Virus record (IMG/VR): IMGVR_UViG_3300034418_011142
Span: 4,864 to 68,863 of that record
DNA: 64,000 nt
Reading direction: 5' to 3' (one strand)
Origin: a virus
A model generated the notes under the pieces. The model was given only the letters and a program-made list of their open reading frames with translations. It made no database searches and was not told the DNA's origin. Shown in pieces: positions 1 through 10,469 of the stretch (position 1 is the stretch's first letter; each line of letters begins with the position of its first letter). The translations under genes were made by a program, and so were the position numbers.

Positions 1-2213
1 TAGTAAACGAATTAATAAAAGGGTTATTACCTGAAGAGGAAAAAAAACAAACTACAGCAGTATATGCTGGTGGTTTTAAACCACCTACTTCTGGGCATTT
101 TGAAGTTGTAAAACAAGCACTTAAAGAAAATCCTGAGATAGATGAGTTTATTATTTTTGTAGGTGCTAAAGAACGAAATGGTATTTCCCAATCTGAATCC
201 TTATTAATTTGGGAAATATATAATAATTATCTTCCGTTTAAAGTTAAAATAGAACCTACCTCTATTCCTCCAATTAAAGCAGTATATGATTTTTCCAAAA
301 ACCATCCTACAAGAGAGGTATTATGGGTTATAGGTGCAAGAGAAGGAAACGAAGAAGATTTTAAAGATATTACCTCTAGGACATCTTCAATTTCAAAATA
401 TCCAAATCTAGAACTTCGTACTATTATAACTAAAGGTGGAGTATCAGGTACAGCCGCTCGTAACGCAGCTAAAGTTTCACTTGATAAGTTTGCAAAATTT
501 GTACCCGACCAACTATCAGACGAAGAAACAGAAGAAGTATATAATATAGTAGCAGATAAAATCCAAGAAATCCAAACACCAGCTAAAGAAAAAGATGTTG
601 ACCCTAAAGAACTTAAAATGGGGATCAAAGTTGAAATGGAACATACAGATGATCCAGCTAAAGCTAAAGTAATTGCTTTACAACATTTAGCTGAGGATCC
701 AAAATATTATACTAAATTAGCTAGTTTAGGATTAGAAGAAAAAAAAGATCCTAAAAAAGGTACAGGCAAAAAACCAGAAGGTTCAGGACGTAGATTATAC
801 ACAGATGAAGATCCTAAAGATACAGTAGGTGTTAAATTTTCTACTAGACAAGATATTGTAGATACTTTAAACAAAAAATCTTTTAAAGCTAAATCACATG
901 CTCGTCAATCCCAAATTATTAATTTAATACATCAAAGAGTAAGAGCGGCATATGGTAGAGCAAAGGATCCTGATGTTAAAAAACGTTTAAAAACAGCTTT
1001 AGATTATGCTGAAGAAAGAAAAGAAGCATCTAAAGAAAAAACTCAACGTTTAAAAAAACAAAAAAGCGAAAATGTAGCTCCTAATCATAAAGGTAAAGCT
1101 GCACCTTATGGCTCAGGATATAAAAAACTAAAAGAAAATGCTACATATTCTCAACACATAGACATAGTTGAAAAAATAGCTGATTTAACTAACTATATGA
1201 TAGAAAGTGGTTTAAATATTGAACCTCTACCTACTATGGAATTTATAGATGGTGACACAGAAAATGCTCAAAATTTCTTTGGTAAAACAGCATATTATGA
1301 TCCCAATAATCAGCATATTGTATTGTATACTGAAGGTAGACATCCAAAAGATATATTACGTTCATATGCGCATGAAATGATACATCATATACAATATTTA
1401 GAAGATAGATTACATAATATCACTACTACAAATACTAATGAAGATGAAGATTTAGATGCTATTGAAAAAGAAGCATATGTTAGAGGTAATATGACATTTA
1501 GAAATTGGACAGATAGTTTAAATGAAGCAATTGTAGGTGAAAAAATCGAATGTGATAATTGTGACTGGAGTTGGAATATAAAAGATGGTGGTGATGATTT
1601 ATTTATATGTCATAAATGTGGGCATAACAATAAACCTCTAAGTGAAGGTAAGAAAAAAGACCCATTTGGTTTATTAGCATATGCTCAAGAATTAGGTCGT
1701 TTGAGAGAGGAAGAAAGCGAATATAAAGTCTATTTAGATATGGATGGTGTATTAGCTGATTTTGATCAACGTTTTAGAGACATATCAGGAATGGAACCGA
1801 AAGAATTTGAAAATAAATATGGTACAAAAGCATTTTGGAACCTTATAGACGAGGAAAATAAAATTAAATTTTGGGTTGGTATTCCCGTAATGCCAGGTGC
1901 TGCTGATTTAGTAGATGCTGTTAAAGATTATAATTATGAATTATTAACATCACCCTCAGCTAAAAAACAATCATATTTAGGAAAAATTCTTTGGGTAAAA
2001 AATCATACAGGTGACGTGTTTCCCTCAAAACCTCGTATTAACTTTAAGAAAGCAAAGGAAAAACACCTTGTTAAACCACAGCTAGCAAAAACAGATATTC
2101 TAATAGATGATAGAGAAGATACTATTGGAAGGTGGAATGCAGCAGGTGGTACAGGTATAGTATACAAAAATATAAGCCAAGTACTAAACGACTTGGGCAA
2201 ATTAGGTTTATGA
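1..2213 (+). CDS. 5'-truncated multidomain protein: HIGH-type nucleotidyltransferase + DUF5661-like module + basic module + HExxH zinc metallopeptidase-like domain + Zn ribbon + HAD 5'-nucleotidase-like domain
   Basis: The frame of ORF 618..2213 is open back to nt 3 (VNELIKGLLP...AVYAGGFKPPTSGH...GVSGTAAR...ELKMGIKVEMEH). Motifs: GGFKPPTSGH 69-98, HEMIH 1371-1385, CDNC..CHKC, DMDG 1737-1748, LIDD near the C-terminus. Confidence 0.8.
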   Translation, partial: VNELIKGLLPEEEKKQTTAVYAGGFKPPTSGHFEVVKQALKENPEIDEFIIFVGAKERNGISQSESLLIWEIYNNYLPFKVKIEPTSIPPIKAVYDFSKNHPTREVLWVIGAREGNEEDFKDITSRTSSISKYPNLELRTIITKGGVSGTAARNAAKVSLDKFAKFVPDQLSDEETEEVYNIVADKIQEIQTPAKEKDVDPKELKMGIKVEMEHTDDPAKAKVIALQHLAEDPKYYTKLASLGLEEKKDPKKGTGKKPEGSGRRLYTDEDPKDTVGVKFSTRQDIVDTLNKKSFKAKSHARQSQIINLIHQRVRAAYGRAKDPDVKKRLKTALDYAEERKEASKEKTQRLKKQKSENVAPNHKGKAAPYGSGYKKLKENATYSQHIDIVEKIADLTNYMIESGLNIEPLPTMEFIDGDTENAQNFFGKTAYYDPNNQHIVLYTEGRHPKDILRSYAHEMIHHIQYLEDRLHNITTTNTNEDEDLDAIEKEAYVRGNMTFRNWTDSLNEAIVGEKIECDNCDWSWNIKDGGDDLFICHKCGHNNKPLSEGKKKDPFGLLAYAQELGRLREEESEYKVYLDMDGVLADFDQRFRDISGMEPKEFENKYGTKAFWNLIDEENKIKFWVGIPVMPGAADLVDAVKDYNYELLTSPSAKKQSYLGKILWVKNHTGDVFPSKPRINFKKAKEKHLVKPQLAKTDILIDDREDTIGRWNAAGGTGIVYKNISQVLNDLGKLGL

Positions 2214-2779
2214 AAGATAACGTTCTAAAAAAAGATTTCCAAGAAAGAGACGTACAAAGGTTACGCAATTTAATTCAAGGTAAACAAGGAGAAAAAACAC
2301 GTTCTAGTGTTGGTTTTTCTAAAGCAGATGAATTCCATGCTGAAGGTGATATTTGGGAAAGTGATGGTCGTACTTGGACTATTAAAGATGGTATCAAACA
2401 AAACATTACAAAGCTAGATAAAGCTAAAAAAGCACACGTTATGCCTTTACTTTGTCCTAATTGTAAAAAGGTAATGAAACATCGTAATGATAAACAATTT
2501 TATAATATACATAAAAAATGTTGGGGTTGTGTTATTGATATGGAAATTCAATTAAGAAAAGAAGGTAAATTTGAAGAATACCAACGTAATATTAAAAACA
2601 ACGAAATAGATAATCGTATAGCTGAATTTAAAATTTGGGTTAAAGAAAGATTAGAAGAGGGCAACAATAGCTTTGTATCTGAAGCAGGTGAAGTAGAAAG
2701 ATGGGTAGGTAAAGTTAATGAAGAAAAAGTTAAAGAATATGTTCAACAGGTTACAGAATATTTAGAGTCACTTAAGTAG
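2210..2779 (+). CDS. Phage protein with a CxxC...HxxCxxC zinc-binding motif
   Basis: Start moved from 2132 to the ATG at 2210, which overlaps the upstream TGA (ATGA); CPNC...HKKCWGC. Confidence 0.7.
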   Translation: MKDNVLKKDFQERDVQRLRNLIQGKQGEKTRSSVGFSKADEFHAEGDIWESDGRTWTIKDGIKQNITKLDKAKKAHVMPLLCPNCKKVMKHRNDKQFYNIHKKCWGCVIDMEIQLRKEGKFEEYQRNIKNNEIDNRIAEFKIWVKERLEEGNNSFVSEAGEVERWVGKVNEEKVKEYVQQVTEYLESLK

Positions 2780-2788
2780 TAACTTTAT

Positions 2789-2802
2789 ATATTTATAATA
2801 AA
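2789..2802 (+). promoter_or_regulatory. Putative late promoter ATATTTATAATAAA
   Basis: Recurrent intergenic motif, 9 nt before ATG 2812. Confidence 0.7.
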
Positions 2803-2811
2803 TATATTATT

Positions 2812-4008
2812 ATGAAAGACAATTTTGATATACATGCTTGGAATATAAAGAGATATTTAAATGAATTAGATATAGACAACCAAGATGATATAGATGGTTC
2901 ATTAAATGTAACTGGTGGTGGAGACGATCCTAAACTAGGTGGAGAACTTGAAGCTGGAGTTGTTGGAGATAGAGTAGAAGAAAACCAATCTCAACTAGAA
3001 TTTTTAGCTCAATATTTAAATTCAATGCATCCTGAATTAACATGGGAAGTTGAATTTGGAGAAAGAATTGAAGCTTATGGTTCAGCTCAAGATTTAGCTA
3101 ATTTTGGAAACAAATACCATGGTAAAAAATTTGGTGAATATGAAGTATTCCATGTAGAAGATGATGATAGATTAGACATAGTTCGTATTATTAAATCTTC
3201 AAGCATAAAAAGAGGAGGTATAAATGAATACTCTAAATACAATAATATAGCTAGTTATGGTTATAAAGGATATAAAGATAAACACTTTGATATTTGTCCA
3301 GCAGCCGAAGGTTTAAGAGATAGATTATTAGCTGGAGAATTTAAAGATAATAACTGGGCTACAGGAACTGATTTTGAAAAAGAAGTAGGTGAATGGCTTT
3401 ACAGACATGATATTTTATTTCAAATTGAAAAACAAGTATTAAGAGATAAAGAAGGTGATCAAAGCGATGTAGAAGATGCAAAAAAAGCTGTAGATAGAAT
3501 TGTTAATTTATCTCGCGATTTAGGTATCCCCGCTGCCGAAATTTCTTATTTAAAAGCTCATATTCAAAAAATTAAAGATATAGTTGAATATAGTTCTTTA
3601 ACAGAAAAAGAAGATGATGAATTTGCAGGATCTGATCCTAAAGCAGGTTCAACTATTCAAGGTACAGGATTTGATTGGAAAAAAAAAGATTCAATTAAAG
3701 AAACCATTAAATTTATAATGGATAACCTTCAAGGTTACTCCAATTACTTCCCAGGTGGAAAAACAAAAGGTTTAAGCTCAGATGAAATGTCTACTATCTT
3801 AATGCAAATTGCTAAAGATATTGAAGATGATGGAATGCAATTAGATGAATCTAAACTTTGTAAAAGAGGCAGAGATTATATTGCTGCTAGAAAAAGAGCA
3901 GGAGAAAAATCTTCAGCTTATTTATCTGGTCGTGCTGTAAAAGTTTGTAAAGGTCAAATTAAGGGTACTAAAGGTAAAAAACGTAAAGACTATAAAGGTA
4001 ACAAATGA
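2812..4008 (+). CDS. Putative internal head protein (modular, L-x-E sites, basic C-terminal module)
   Basis: Leader MKDNFDIHAWNIKRYLNE resembles the MDNFDL leaders; internal INE, LTE, IKE and LDE sites; C-terminal KLCKRG...SAYLSGRAVKVCKG. Confidence 0.55.
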   Translation: MKDNFDIHAWNIKRYLNELDIDNQDDIDGSLNVTGGGDDPKLGGELEAGVVGDRVEENQSQLEFLAQYLNSMHPELTWEVEFGERIEAYGSAQDLANFGNKYHGKKFGEYEVFHVEDDDRLDIVRIIKSSSIKRGGINEYSKYNNIASYGYKGYKDKHFDICPAAEGLRDRLLAGEFKDNNWATGTDFEKEVGEWLYRHDILFQIEKQVLRDKEGDQSDVEDAKKAVDRIVNLSRDLGIPAAEISYLKAHIQKIKDIVEYSSLTEKEDDEFAGSDPKAGSTIQGTGFDWKKKDSIKETIKFIMDNLQGYSNYFPGGKTKGLSSDEMSTILMQIAKDIEDDGMQLDESKLCKRGRDYIAARKRAGEKSSAYLSGRAVKVCKGQIKGTKGKKRKDYKGNK

Positions 4009-4280
4009 CCCCAAATTACGAAGAAATATTACGTGAATCTTTAAAAGATTGGTTCGGTAAAGAAGATTGGGTCCGAATTAATACCTCAGGTAATATAGCT
4101 GGTCCTTGTGGTACAATGAAAAAAGGTAAACCTACAACTAGATGTTTACCTCGTAAAAAAGCTCAATCACTAACTAAAGCAGAACGTAAAGCTACTGTAG
4201 CTAAAAAAGTACGTGGTAGTAAAAAAGGTAAACAGTTTGTAAAAAATACTGAAAAAGCTGAATTTAAAAAGAAAAAATGA
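4005..4280 (+). CDS. Small basic protein, DUF5872-like
   Basis: LKDWFGKEDWVRI...CG...RCLPRKKA..LTKAER pattern recognised by eye; leader ends ILRE. Confidence 0.5.
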   Translation: MTPNYEEILRESLKDWFGKEDWVRINTSGNIAGPCGTMKKGKPTTRCLPRKKAQSLTKAERKATVAKKVRGSKKGKQFVKNTEKAEFKKKK

Positions 4281-4870
4281 GATTTATATATTTAGTACTT
4301 GTATTACTTTTTACTAGTTGTGGTCTTGAATGGCAATACACAACATTAAACCATGCTGCTCAGGTAGATGCTATTTATAGATCTAGTGATTATAGAGTAA
4401 ATACTTTCAACTATAATTTTTCCCAATACACATTTGATCAGCCTTTTATCTGGGGTAATCCTATGTTTCGTAATAGATATAATTTTTATAATCCTTACTT
4501 AGGTTATAACTCATATTGGAACAGATGGGATTGGTATCATCCCTATAACAACTGGTATTGGAATAGATGGGATAGACCCTATAACTATTGGAATTATTAT
4601 TCTATAAATAGAAGAACATCTAATATATCATATATAAATGGGTATAGAAATACTACTAGAACTCCTTCAGTAAGTAATAGAACAAGATCTGCAACAACTA
4701 GATTACAAGTGCAAAATAGAACATATACACCAACAAATAGAACGATATCAACTCCAACCCGTTCTACTACTAGGTCTACTACTACACGTTCTGTAGTTCG
4801 ACCTTCAACAACTAGAAGCACTACACGTTCAACTTCTCCACGAAGAAGTAACAGTAACAAAAGAAACTAA
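4277..4870 (+). CDS. Putative lipoprotein with a W/Y/N-rich core and an R/S/T low-complexity tail
   Basis: Signal peptide II MRFIYLVLVLLFTS-C. Confidence 0.65.
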   Translation: MRFIYLVLVLLFTSCGLEWQYTTLNHAAQVDAIYRSSDYRVNTFNYNFSQYTFDQPFIWGNPMFRNRYNFYNPYLGYNSYWNRWDWYHPYNNWYWNRWDRPYNYWNYYSINRRTSNISYINGYRNTTRTPSVSNRTRSATTRLQVQNRTYTPTNRTISTPTRSTTRSTTTRSVVRPSTTRSTTRSTSPRRSNSNKRN

Positions 4871-4882
4871 TATTTATAAATA
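4870..4882 (+). promoter_or_regulatory. Putative late promoter ATATTTATAAATA
   Basis: Motif upstream of ATG 4896. Confidence 0.65.
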
Positions 4883-4895
4883 AAAATATACTATA

Positions 4896-5531
4896 ATGAG
4901 CGATTTTAATTATCAAGAATATTTAAGAAACAATCCTTTACTTAAAGAAGAAGTGAAGGACCAATTAATCACTGAATCTCAAGAAGTTGAGGAAGTAGAA
5001 TTACCTTCTTCTACCTTAACTAAAACTAATTCTGAGGTAACAAATATCAAAACCATGGCACAAGCTATGTTAGATTTTTTTAACCAAGTTAAAGAAAAAG
5101 AAGCAGTAGATTTTGAATCTAATGCTAGTATGAAAGTAGTATTAGACAAACTTAATACCTTAGCTAAAACAGAAGAAAAAGAAACTGAAGCTGTAGCAGA
5201 AAATACAGAAGAAGTAACTGAAGAAACTACATCTAAAATGAAAGTATCTGAACTTAAAGCTAAAATTAAAGAAGATATTATTTCATTACTTCAAGAAGAA
5301 GAAGAAGAAGATGTAGAAGCTGAAATTGAAGACGAAGTAGAAGTAGATGTTGAAGAACCAGCAATGAATGCTTCCGATGCACAAGAAGGTCTTACAGCTG
5401 ATGAAAAAGAAATCCAAGATAGCTTAAAAATTGCTTACGATAATGCAGTAGCTATTGGTGATACAAAATTAGCCGATCAAATCGGTAACTCAATTACCTT
5501 TTTTACTAGAACACACGTAGTAGAAAGATAA
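4896..5531 (+). CDS. Acidic putative internal head/core protein
   Basis: Leader [19 protein letters not shown]; Glu-rich; LITE and LLQE sites. Confidence 0.55.
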   Translation: MSDFNYQEYLRNNPLLKEEVKDQLITESQEVEEVELPSSTLTKTNSEVTNIKTMAQAMLDFFNQVKEKEAVDFESNASMKVVLDKLNTLAKTEEKETEAVAENTEEVTEETTSKMKVSELKAKIKEDIISLLQEEEEEDVEAEIEDEVEVDVEEPAMNASDAQEGLTADEKEIQDSLKIAYDNAVAIGDTKLADQIGNSITFFTRTHVVER

Positions 5532-5532
5532 T

Positions 5533-7785
5533 ATGTTAAACGAGCGCAAACTCACCGAAAACGAATTGGAGCAAAGAAAAATCGCTCTCAAAGGTTTGTT
5601 GAAAAACAAACGTGCTCTAGTTAAAAAGTACGGTGCGGATGCGGAAAAAGTTATGTATGGTATTGCTACTAAACAAGCTAAGAAAAAAGTTGAAAATATG
5701 AACTTAGACAAACTTAAAGAAATGATCCAGGATGCTCTTACAGTTAAAGAGGCATCCCCTTTTGTATTAGCAGCAGACGCAGCTAGAGATGCAGGTAAAA
5801 AAGAATTTGAATTCCCTAAAGGCAGTGGCAAAATGCACCCTGTTACAATTAAACAGGATATTAAAGAAGATGATTTAGATATAGATGATACTATAAATAT
5901 TGATACTGGTTTTTCTGGTAGAGCAGATTATGGTGAAGAAGATAAAGCATTAGGTCAAGAAGATGAACTCGAAATGAAAGGTTTAGAAGAAGATAAATTC
6001 CGTGATTCTTCAATGGAAGATGTATTTCAATCTATTAGAAATCTTGCCCATACTACAGGTATGTCAGAACAAGAAGCAGCTGAAAATGCAATAGATGAAA
6101 TTAAATTTAAGTTTGGAGTTGATGCTATGTACGAATCTTTAAACGAAAACCTAAACCCTGAAGTAACTCAAAAAGTAAACCAGTTTATTAAAGCAATGGC
6201 TAAACGATATGATTACAGTGAACAAGATGCTGTATACGCTATCATGGCTGCTTTAAAACAAAGAAAATTTGATGGTTTAAATGAAGATCTAGACGTTGGG
6301 CATCAAGACAACGAACCTCACATGCTTAAAAAAGATTTATATAGAATAGCTAAATATGCAGCTGAACTATATAAAATGATGGATAAATACGATCAAGGTG
6401 GAGAAGTAGATTTTCCACACTGGTGGCAATCTAAAGTTATCAAAGCAAGAGATTATATGGTAGCTGCTAAACACTATTTAGATGGTGAAGAAAAAGTAGA
6501 CCAAATCGATGCTATGTTAGATGTTAATGAAATTGATAATAGTGAATACGCTATGAAGCTTAGAGCACTTAAATCACAACCAGAACCATCTAGAGGTGGA
6601 ATTGACTACGATGAAGCTTTAACTTTAAGAGGTATAAAAGCTGAAATCGAAGCTGAAATTGCCCAATTATACAGAGATATGGAACAAGAAGCTGAACCAG
6701 AAGGTGGTGAGGTAGCTGATAGATATGGACGTGAATTAGAAAGGTTAGAAGACCGTTTATATAAAGTTCAAAAACAACTTCGTGATTATGATATGAATGA
6801 AGGAGTAAATGAAGAATTATCACCTGAAGATCATTTACAAATTGTTAGAGCTATGCTTGTAAAAGCTGAAAAGGATGGAGATGATGACTTAAAAAGAAGA
6901 GCTTTAGCTGATATGGAAACCGTTAAGAAAGCATATAATTTAAAAGAAGAAATGGATGGTGGTCAATTATTTGATTACTTTGCTAAACAAGGATATGATG
7001 TAGAAGAACGTAGACCAGATGGAAGAGAAGCTGGATTTGAAGGTTATATGGTAAGCTACGGAGATGGTCCATACCCTCAATCAGTAATATTCCAACATAA
7101 TAAAGATACTGATCAATTTATGATTAGTAGAATGGGTGGTTATAGAATCGATCAAAAAGATGCTATAAAAGCAGGAATGAGACAAGCAGGCTCTTCAGGT
7201 ATTGCTGGAAGAGATTCTTATATGACAGATGGAAATTACACCCCAGTAGATATTTCAGCTGAAGGTTTAAAAGATATAGTTGATCACGTAATGGGTGGTT
7301 TAGGAAGAGAAGCTAAAGCACAAGCAGACTTTTATGGTGCTAGAGGACGTACTTCAGGTACTATAGATGAAGAAAAAATCGAAGTAGATGCTGATACAAA
7401 ATTTGAATTACCTTTAAAACACCTTATCCAAAAACACGTTAAAGAGGTAATGGATAGCAGAAAGAAAAAAGAATTCAAAGTAGGCGATAAAGTAACATAC
7501 TTAGGACATCCAGGTGAAATCACTAAAGTTAATAAAGAAATGACTGGTGCTACTACCTATAATGTATCATATGATAAAGGTACAGGTAAAACTAAAGCAT
7601 CAAACATCTATAATAAAGGTGGTGAAATAAAAGCTTTAGAAGAAAAACTTACCAAAAAATCATCAGTAGAAAAACATATTGAAGATTTTAAAGATTCAGA
7701 TGCACCTCAATTTAAAGGTAAATCTCAAGAAAAAAGACGTAAAATGGCTGTTGCAGCTTATTTGTCTAAAAAAGATAAAAAATAA
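5533..7785 (+). CDS. Large modular putative internal head protein
   Basis: Short modules separated by LNE/VKE/LEE/LKE/IDE; SH3/KOW-like FKVGDKVTY module; C-terminal [25 protein letters not shown]. Confidence 0.6.
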   Translation: MLNERKLTENELEQRKIALKGLLKNKRALVKKYGADAEKVMYGIATKQAKKKVENMNLDKLKEMIQDALTVKEASPFVLAADAARDAGKKEFEFPKGSGKMHPVTIKQDIKEDDLDIDDTINIDTGFSGRADYGEEDKALGQEDELEMKGLEEDKFRDSSMEDVFQSIRNLAHTTGMSEQEAAENAIDEIKFKFGVDAMYESLNENLNPEVTQKVNQFIKAMAKRYDYSEQDAVYAIMAALKQRKFDGLNEDLDVGHQDNEPHMLKKDLYRIAKYAAELYKMMDKYDQGGEVDFPHWWQSKVIKARDYMVAAKHYLDGEEKVDQIDAMLDVNEIDNSEYAMKLRALKSQPEPSRGGIDYDEALTLRGIKAEIEAEIAQLYRDMEQEAEPEGGEVADRYGRELERLEDRLYKVQKQLRDYDMNEGVNEELSPEDHLQIVRAMLVKAEKDGDDDLKRRALADMETVKKAYNLKEEMDGGQLFDYFAKQGYDVEERRPDGREAGFEGYMVSYGDGPYPQSVIFQHNKDTDQFMISRMGGYRIDQKDAIKAGMRQAGSSGIAGRDSYMTDGNYTPVDISAEGLKDIVDHVMGGLGREAKAQADFYGARGRTSGTIDEEKIEVDADTKFELPLKHLIQKHVKEVMDSRKKKEFKVGDKVTYLGHPGEITKVNKEMTGATTYNVSYDKGTGKTKASNIYNKGGEIKALEEKLTKKSSVEKHIEDFKDSDAPQFKGKSQEKRRKMAVAAYLSKKDKK

Positions 7786-8234
7786 TGACAGCTTCTGAAC
7801 TAAAAGAAAAAATAAAAGTACTTGTAAAAAAAGTATATAAAGAAAAAGGCAAGGGAGAAGATGCTGCTATCGCATATGATGAGCTAGTTAAATTTCCTGA
7901 ACTTAAAGCAGTTATTATAGATTTACTTACAGTTGATTTTGATAAATTCTTAGAATCAGTAGACTGGATCGCTCCACGTCCTTCAACTTTCCGTATAAAT
8001 CTGTTGAATGGTGAAAACTTTGTTCTTATATTTGATCCTAGAAGTTGGATAGCCCAAATATCAGGTAAAAAATATTACCTACTTAATTTGGATGAAGAAG
8101 AAATGGCCGCTAAAGCTGTAGCCCGTTTATTATCTTATGGAGGTAAAACAGCAACAGGTGCAGGAGCTGATATTGAAGGAGCAGAAGAAATTGAAACCGA
8201 AACAGAAACTGAAACGGAAACTGAAGAAGCATAA
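7785..8234 (+). CDS. Hypothetical phage protein with an acidic ETETET tail
   Basis: ORF coupled by TAATG overlaps at both ends. Confidence 0.6.
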   Translation: MTASELKEKIKVLVKKVYKEKGKGEDAAIAYDELVKFPELKAVIIDLLTVDFDKFLESVDWIAPRPSTFRINLLNGENFVLIFDPRSWIAQISGKKYYLLNLDEEEMAAKAVARLLSYGGKTATGAGADIEGAEEIETETETETETEEA

Positions 8235-9406
8235 TGAGCACATTTAATAAATTTTTTAAAAAATTCTCTTATAAATTTGAAAAAGGGTATCCTGATATGG
8301 ATAACCCTACTGATGTTGCTTTATTAGAATCATTATTAAGTAAAGTTATTGGGGAAAAAATTATATTAGAAGCTATTAGTAAATCTAAATCGATCCAAGC
8401 AGCACAAGATTTTGTTGATAATAGCCAATTTGCTAAAGATAATGAAGTAAAAAAATTTAAAAGTGGTAAATATGCTAATAGACTTAATTCAAGTAAAGAA
8501 AAAGATATAGATAAAATTAAATCAGCTTTAAAAGATTATTTTGGGGTTTTAGATAGTGAAATAGAATTTGTTGAAGCTGGAACGGGCCCTGCAAGTAAGG
8601 ATTCAATGCCTGGATTTAAACTAGACACTGAGGAATTTGGTGAAATCTATATTTCAGTTAGTACAAGTAAAAAAGGTGCTGGGGGTAAATTAAATGAACA
8701 AAACTTTAATAAAAATATTAATGCTTATGCTAGTAAAGAATCCCCTATTACTGTAAAACTTATAGGAGATAATAAAACATTAACATATGATAATGTAGCT
8801 GAAGCCATTGATGTAGCAGGAGGTACCCAGAATAAATTAAAAGCTGATACAGCTTTATTATCACCATCAGGAGATAGAGTTGCTAATATATCACTTAAAC
8901 AACCCGAAGGATTTAGGTGGGCATCATTAAATAATGATAAAGAAACAGATTTTAGAAAAGAATTTATTAAAGCTGCCTTTAATGATCCTAATTTTCCTAT
9001 TACTCTAAAACCAAATCCAAAATTCCCTGATAAAGAGAGATATGAAATGTATAAAGAGGGAACAGATGACCGTATTACATTAGTAGTAGTTACTGATTCC
9101 CCTTACAGCAAAGATCCAAAAAATATTTTTGGTACGGATGATCCAAAAACTGTTGTAGTAGGTAAAACATTTAAACCTGAAGACTTTAAATTTAATGAAA
9201 ATACAAGTATATTAGATGTAAAAGTTGATCATATATATGAAACGATGGAGGAGATAGATGGTTCCCCATTTGAACCTGTATTTATAGTTGCTCAACACAG
9301 TGGTAATCCTTATGGGTTAGATTTTAGATCATACCCAAAATTTATGGCTAAATTACCTAAAAAGGGAACAGGAATTGAAATTAAATATAGTGACCTTATA
9401 AAATAA
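8234..9406 (+). CDS. Putative PD-(D/E)xK-like nuclease with an N-terminal leader
   Basis: LNEQNF...KADTAL...ISLKQ pattern; leader FSYKFEKGYPDMDN...IILE. Confidence 0.45.
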   Translation: MSTFNKFFKKFSYKFEKGYPDMDNPTDVALLESLLSKVIGEKIILEAISKSKSIQAAQDFVDNSQFAKDNEVKKFKSGKYANRLNSSKEKDIDKIKSALKDYFGVLDSEIEFVEAGTGPASKDSMPGFKLDTEEFGEIYISVSTSKKGAGGKLNEQNFNKNINAYASKESPITVKLIGDNKTLTYDNVAEAIDVAGGTQNKLKADTALLSPSGDRVANISLKQPEGFRWASLNNDKETDFRKEFIKAAFNDPNFPITLKPNPKFPDKERYEMYKEGTDDRITLVVVTDSPYSKDPKNIFGTDDPKTVVVGKTFKPEDFKFNENTSILDVKVDHIYETMEEIDGSPFEPVFIVAQHSGNPYGLDFRSYPKFMAKLPKKGTGIEIKYSDLIK

Positions 9407-9410
9407 ACTT

Positions 9411-10181
9411 ATGTGTAAATGTGGATGTAATACTTGTGAAACTAAAATTAGAGGCCCTTTACTAACCGAAGGTAAAGTAAAATCTTTATTATCTGAAGGT
9501 TTACAATACCATATAGATAAAAAAATACCTTTATTTGAAACAGTATATCGTATTGGTTCAGAAAAACATTTAGCTTTAATTAAAGAAGCTAGAAAAATGT
9601 ATTCACGTAATGTAATCGATTTATGTGAAGAAGATGAAGCGTTAATTGGTACACATTTAGGTGAATTTGCTTTATATGAAGGCGAATCTGTACCATTAGA
9701 TTTACCTATGTTAAATGAAGCTAAAGTTGATTATAATTTTTCAAAAGAAGAACTAATTAGAGTTATCAAGCAACTTAAAAGAGGAGCTAGTACTGAAATA
9801 GGAATGATTAAAGCCTTTGAAAAAGCTTTAGGTAGAGAACTTACAGATGATGAAATTAGAGGATTCAAACTAAATGAAGCAGAATTAGATGAAGCTGAAT
9901 TTAGAGGTAAAGATGTTCCACTAAACAAACCAAAACGTGGTGGTTCAAAAGCATATTATGTTTATGTACGTGATCCTAAAACTAAAAAGATTAAAAAAGT
10001 ATCATTTGGATCAGGTGGTTTAAGAGCTAAAATAAAAAACAAAGAAGCACGTAACGCCTTCGCAGCACGTCACAATTGTAAAAATAAAAAAGATAGAACA
10101 AAAGCGGGATATTGGTCTTGTAATTTACCAAGATATGCTTCAGCATTAGGTTTAGGTGCTAATATGAATACTTTTTGGTAG
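9411..10181 (+). CDS. Modular phage protein with a basic C-terminal domain
   Basis: CKCGCNTC N-terminus; LTE/LSE/LNE/LDE sites; LNKPKRGGSK...VSFG...FAARHNC...AGYWSC. Confidence 0.6.
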   Translation: MCKCGCNTCETKIRGPLLTEGKVKSLLSEGLQYHIDKKIPLFETVYRIGSEKHLALIKEARKMYSRNVIDLCEEDEALIGTHLGEFALYEGESVPLDLPMLNEAKVDYNFSKEELIRVIKQLKRGASTEIGMIKAFEKALGRELTDDEIRGFKLNEAELDEAEFRGKDVPLNKPKRGGSKAYYVYVRDPKTKKIKKVSFGSGGLRAKIKNKEARNAFAARHNCKNKKDRTKAGYWSCNLPRYASALGLGANMNTFW

Positions 10182-10182
10182 G

Positions 10183-10467
10183 ATGTTTAAATTTAAGGTT
10201 GATATATTTAATGAAATTCCTTGGCAAAAATTTACACAATTGCCGCAAATATCTCCTTTACCCTTAAATGAACAAGTAAGAAAATATAATCTTTACATAA
10301 ATGAACTTACGTATGAACGCAATGTTTATTTACATTGGTTAGAAGGACATAAAAAAGGACCTAGAGTTGAAACCACCCCTACCCCACCAGTAGAAGAGGG
10401 ATTTTTATTACAGGAAAATTTATTTGACTTACTACAAGAAACAGGAGATAAAATTATAATAACATAA
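10183..10467 (+). CDS. Hypothetical protein, possibly virion-associated
   Basis: C-terminal FLLQENLFDLLQETGDKII motif; abuts the next gene. Confidence 0.5.
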   Translation: MFKFKVDIFNEIPWQKFTQLPQISPLPLNEQVRKYNLYINELTYERNVYLHWLEGHKKGPRVETTPTPPVEEGFLLQENLFDLLQETGDKIIIT

Positions 10468-10469
10468 CA

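Noticed and set aside
227-628. Minus-strand 133-aa ORF
   Set aside because: Antisense shadow of the + strand nucleotidyltransferase frame, which is open from nt 3.
2132-2209. N-terminal extension of ORF 2132..2779
   Set aside because: Overlaps the HAD domain of the upstream gene; the ATGA-coupled start at 2210 is more plausible.
8193-8230. GAAAC(N) hexamer repeat as a contingency locus
   Set aside because: Third positions vary; it simply encodes an ETETET acidic tail.
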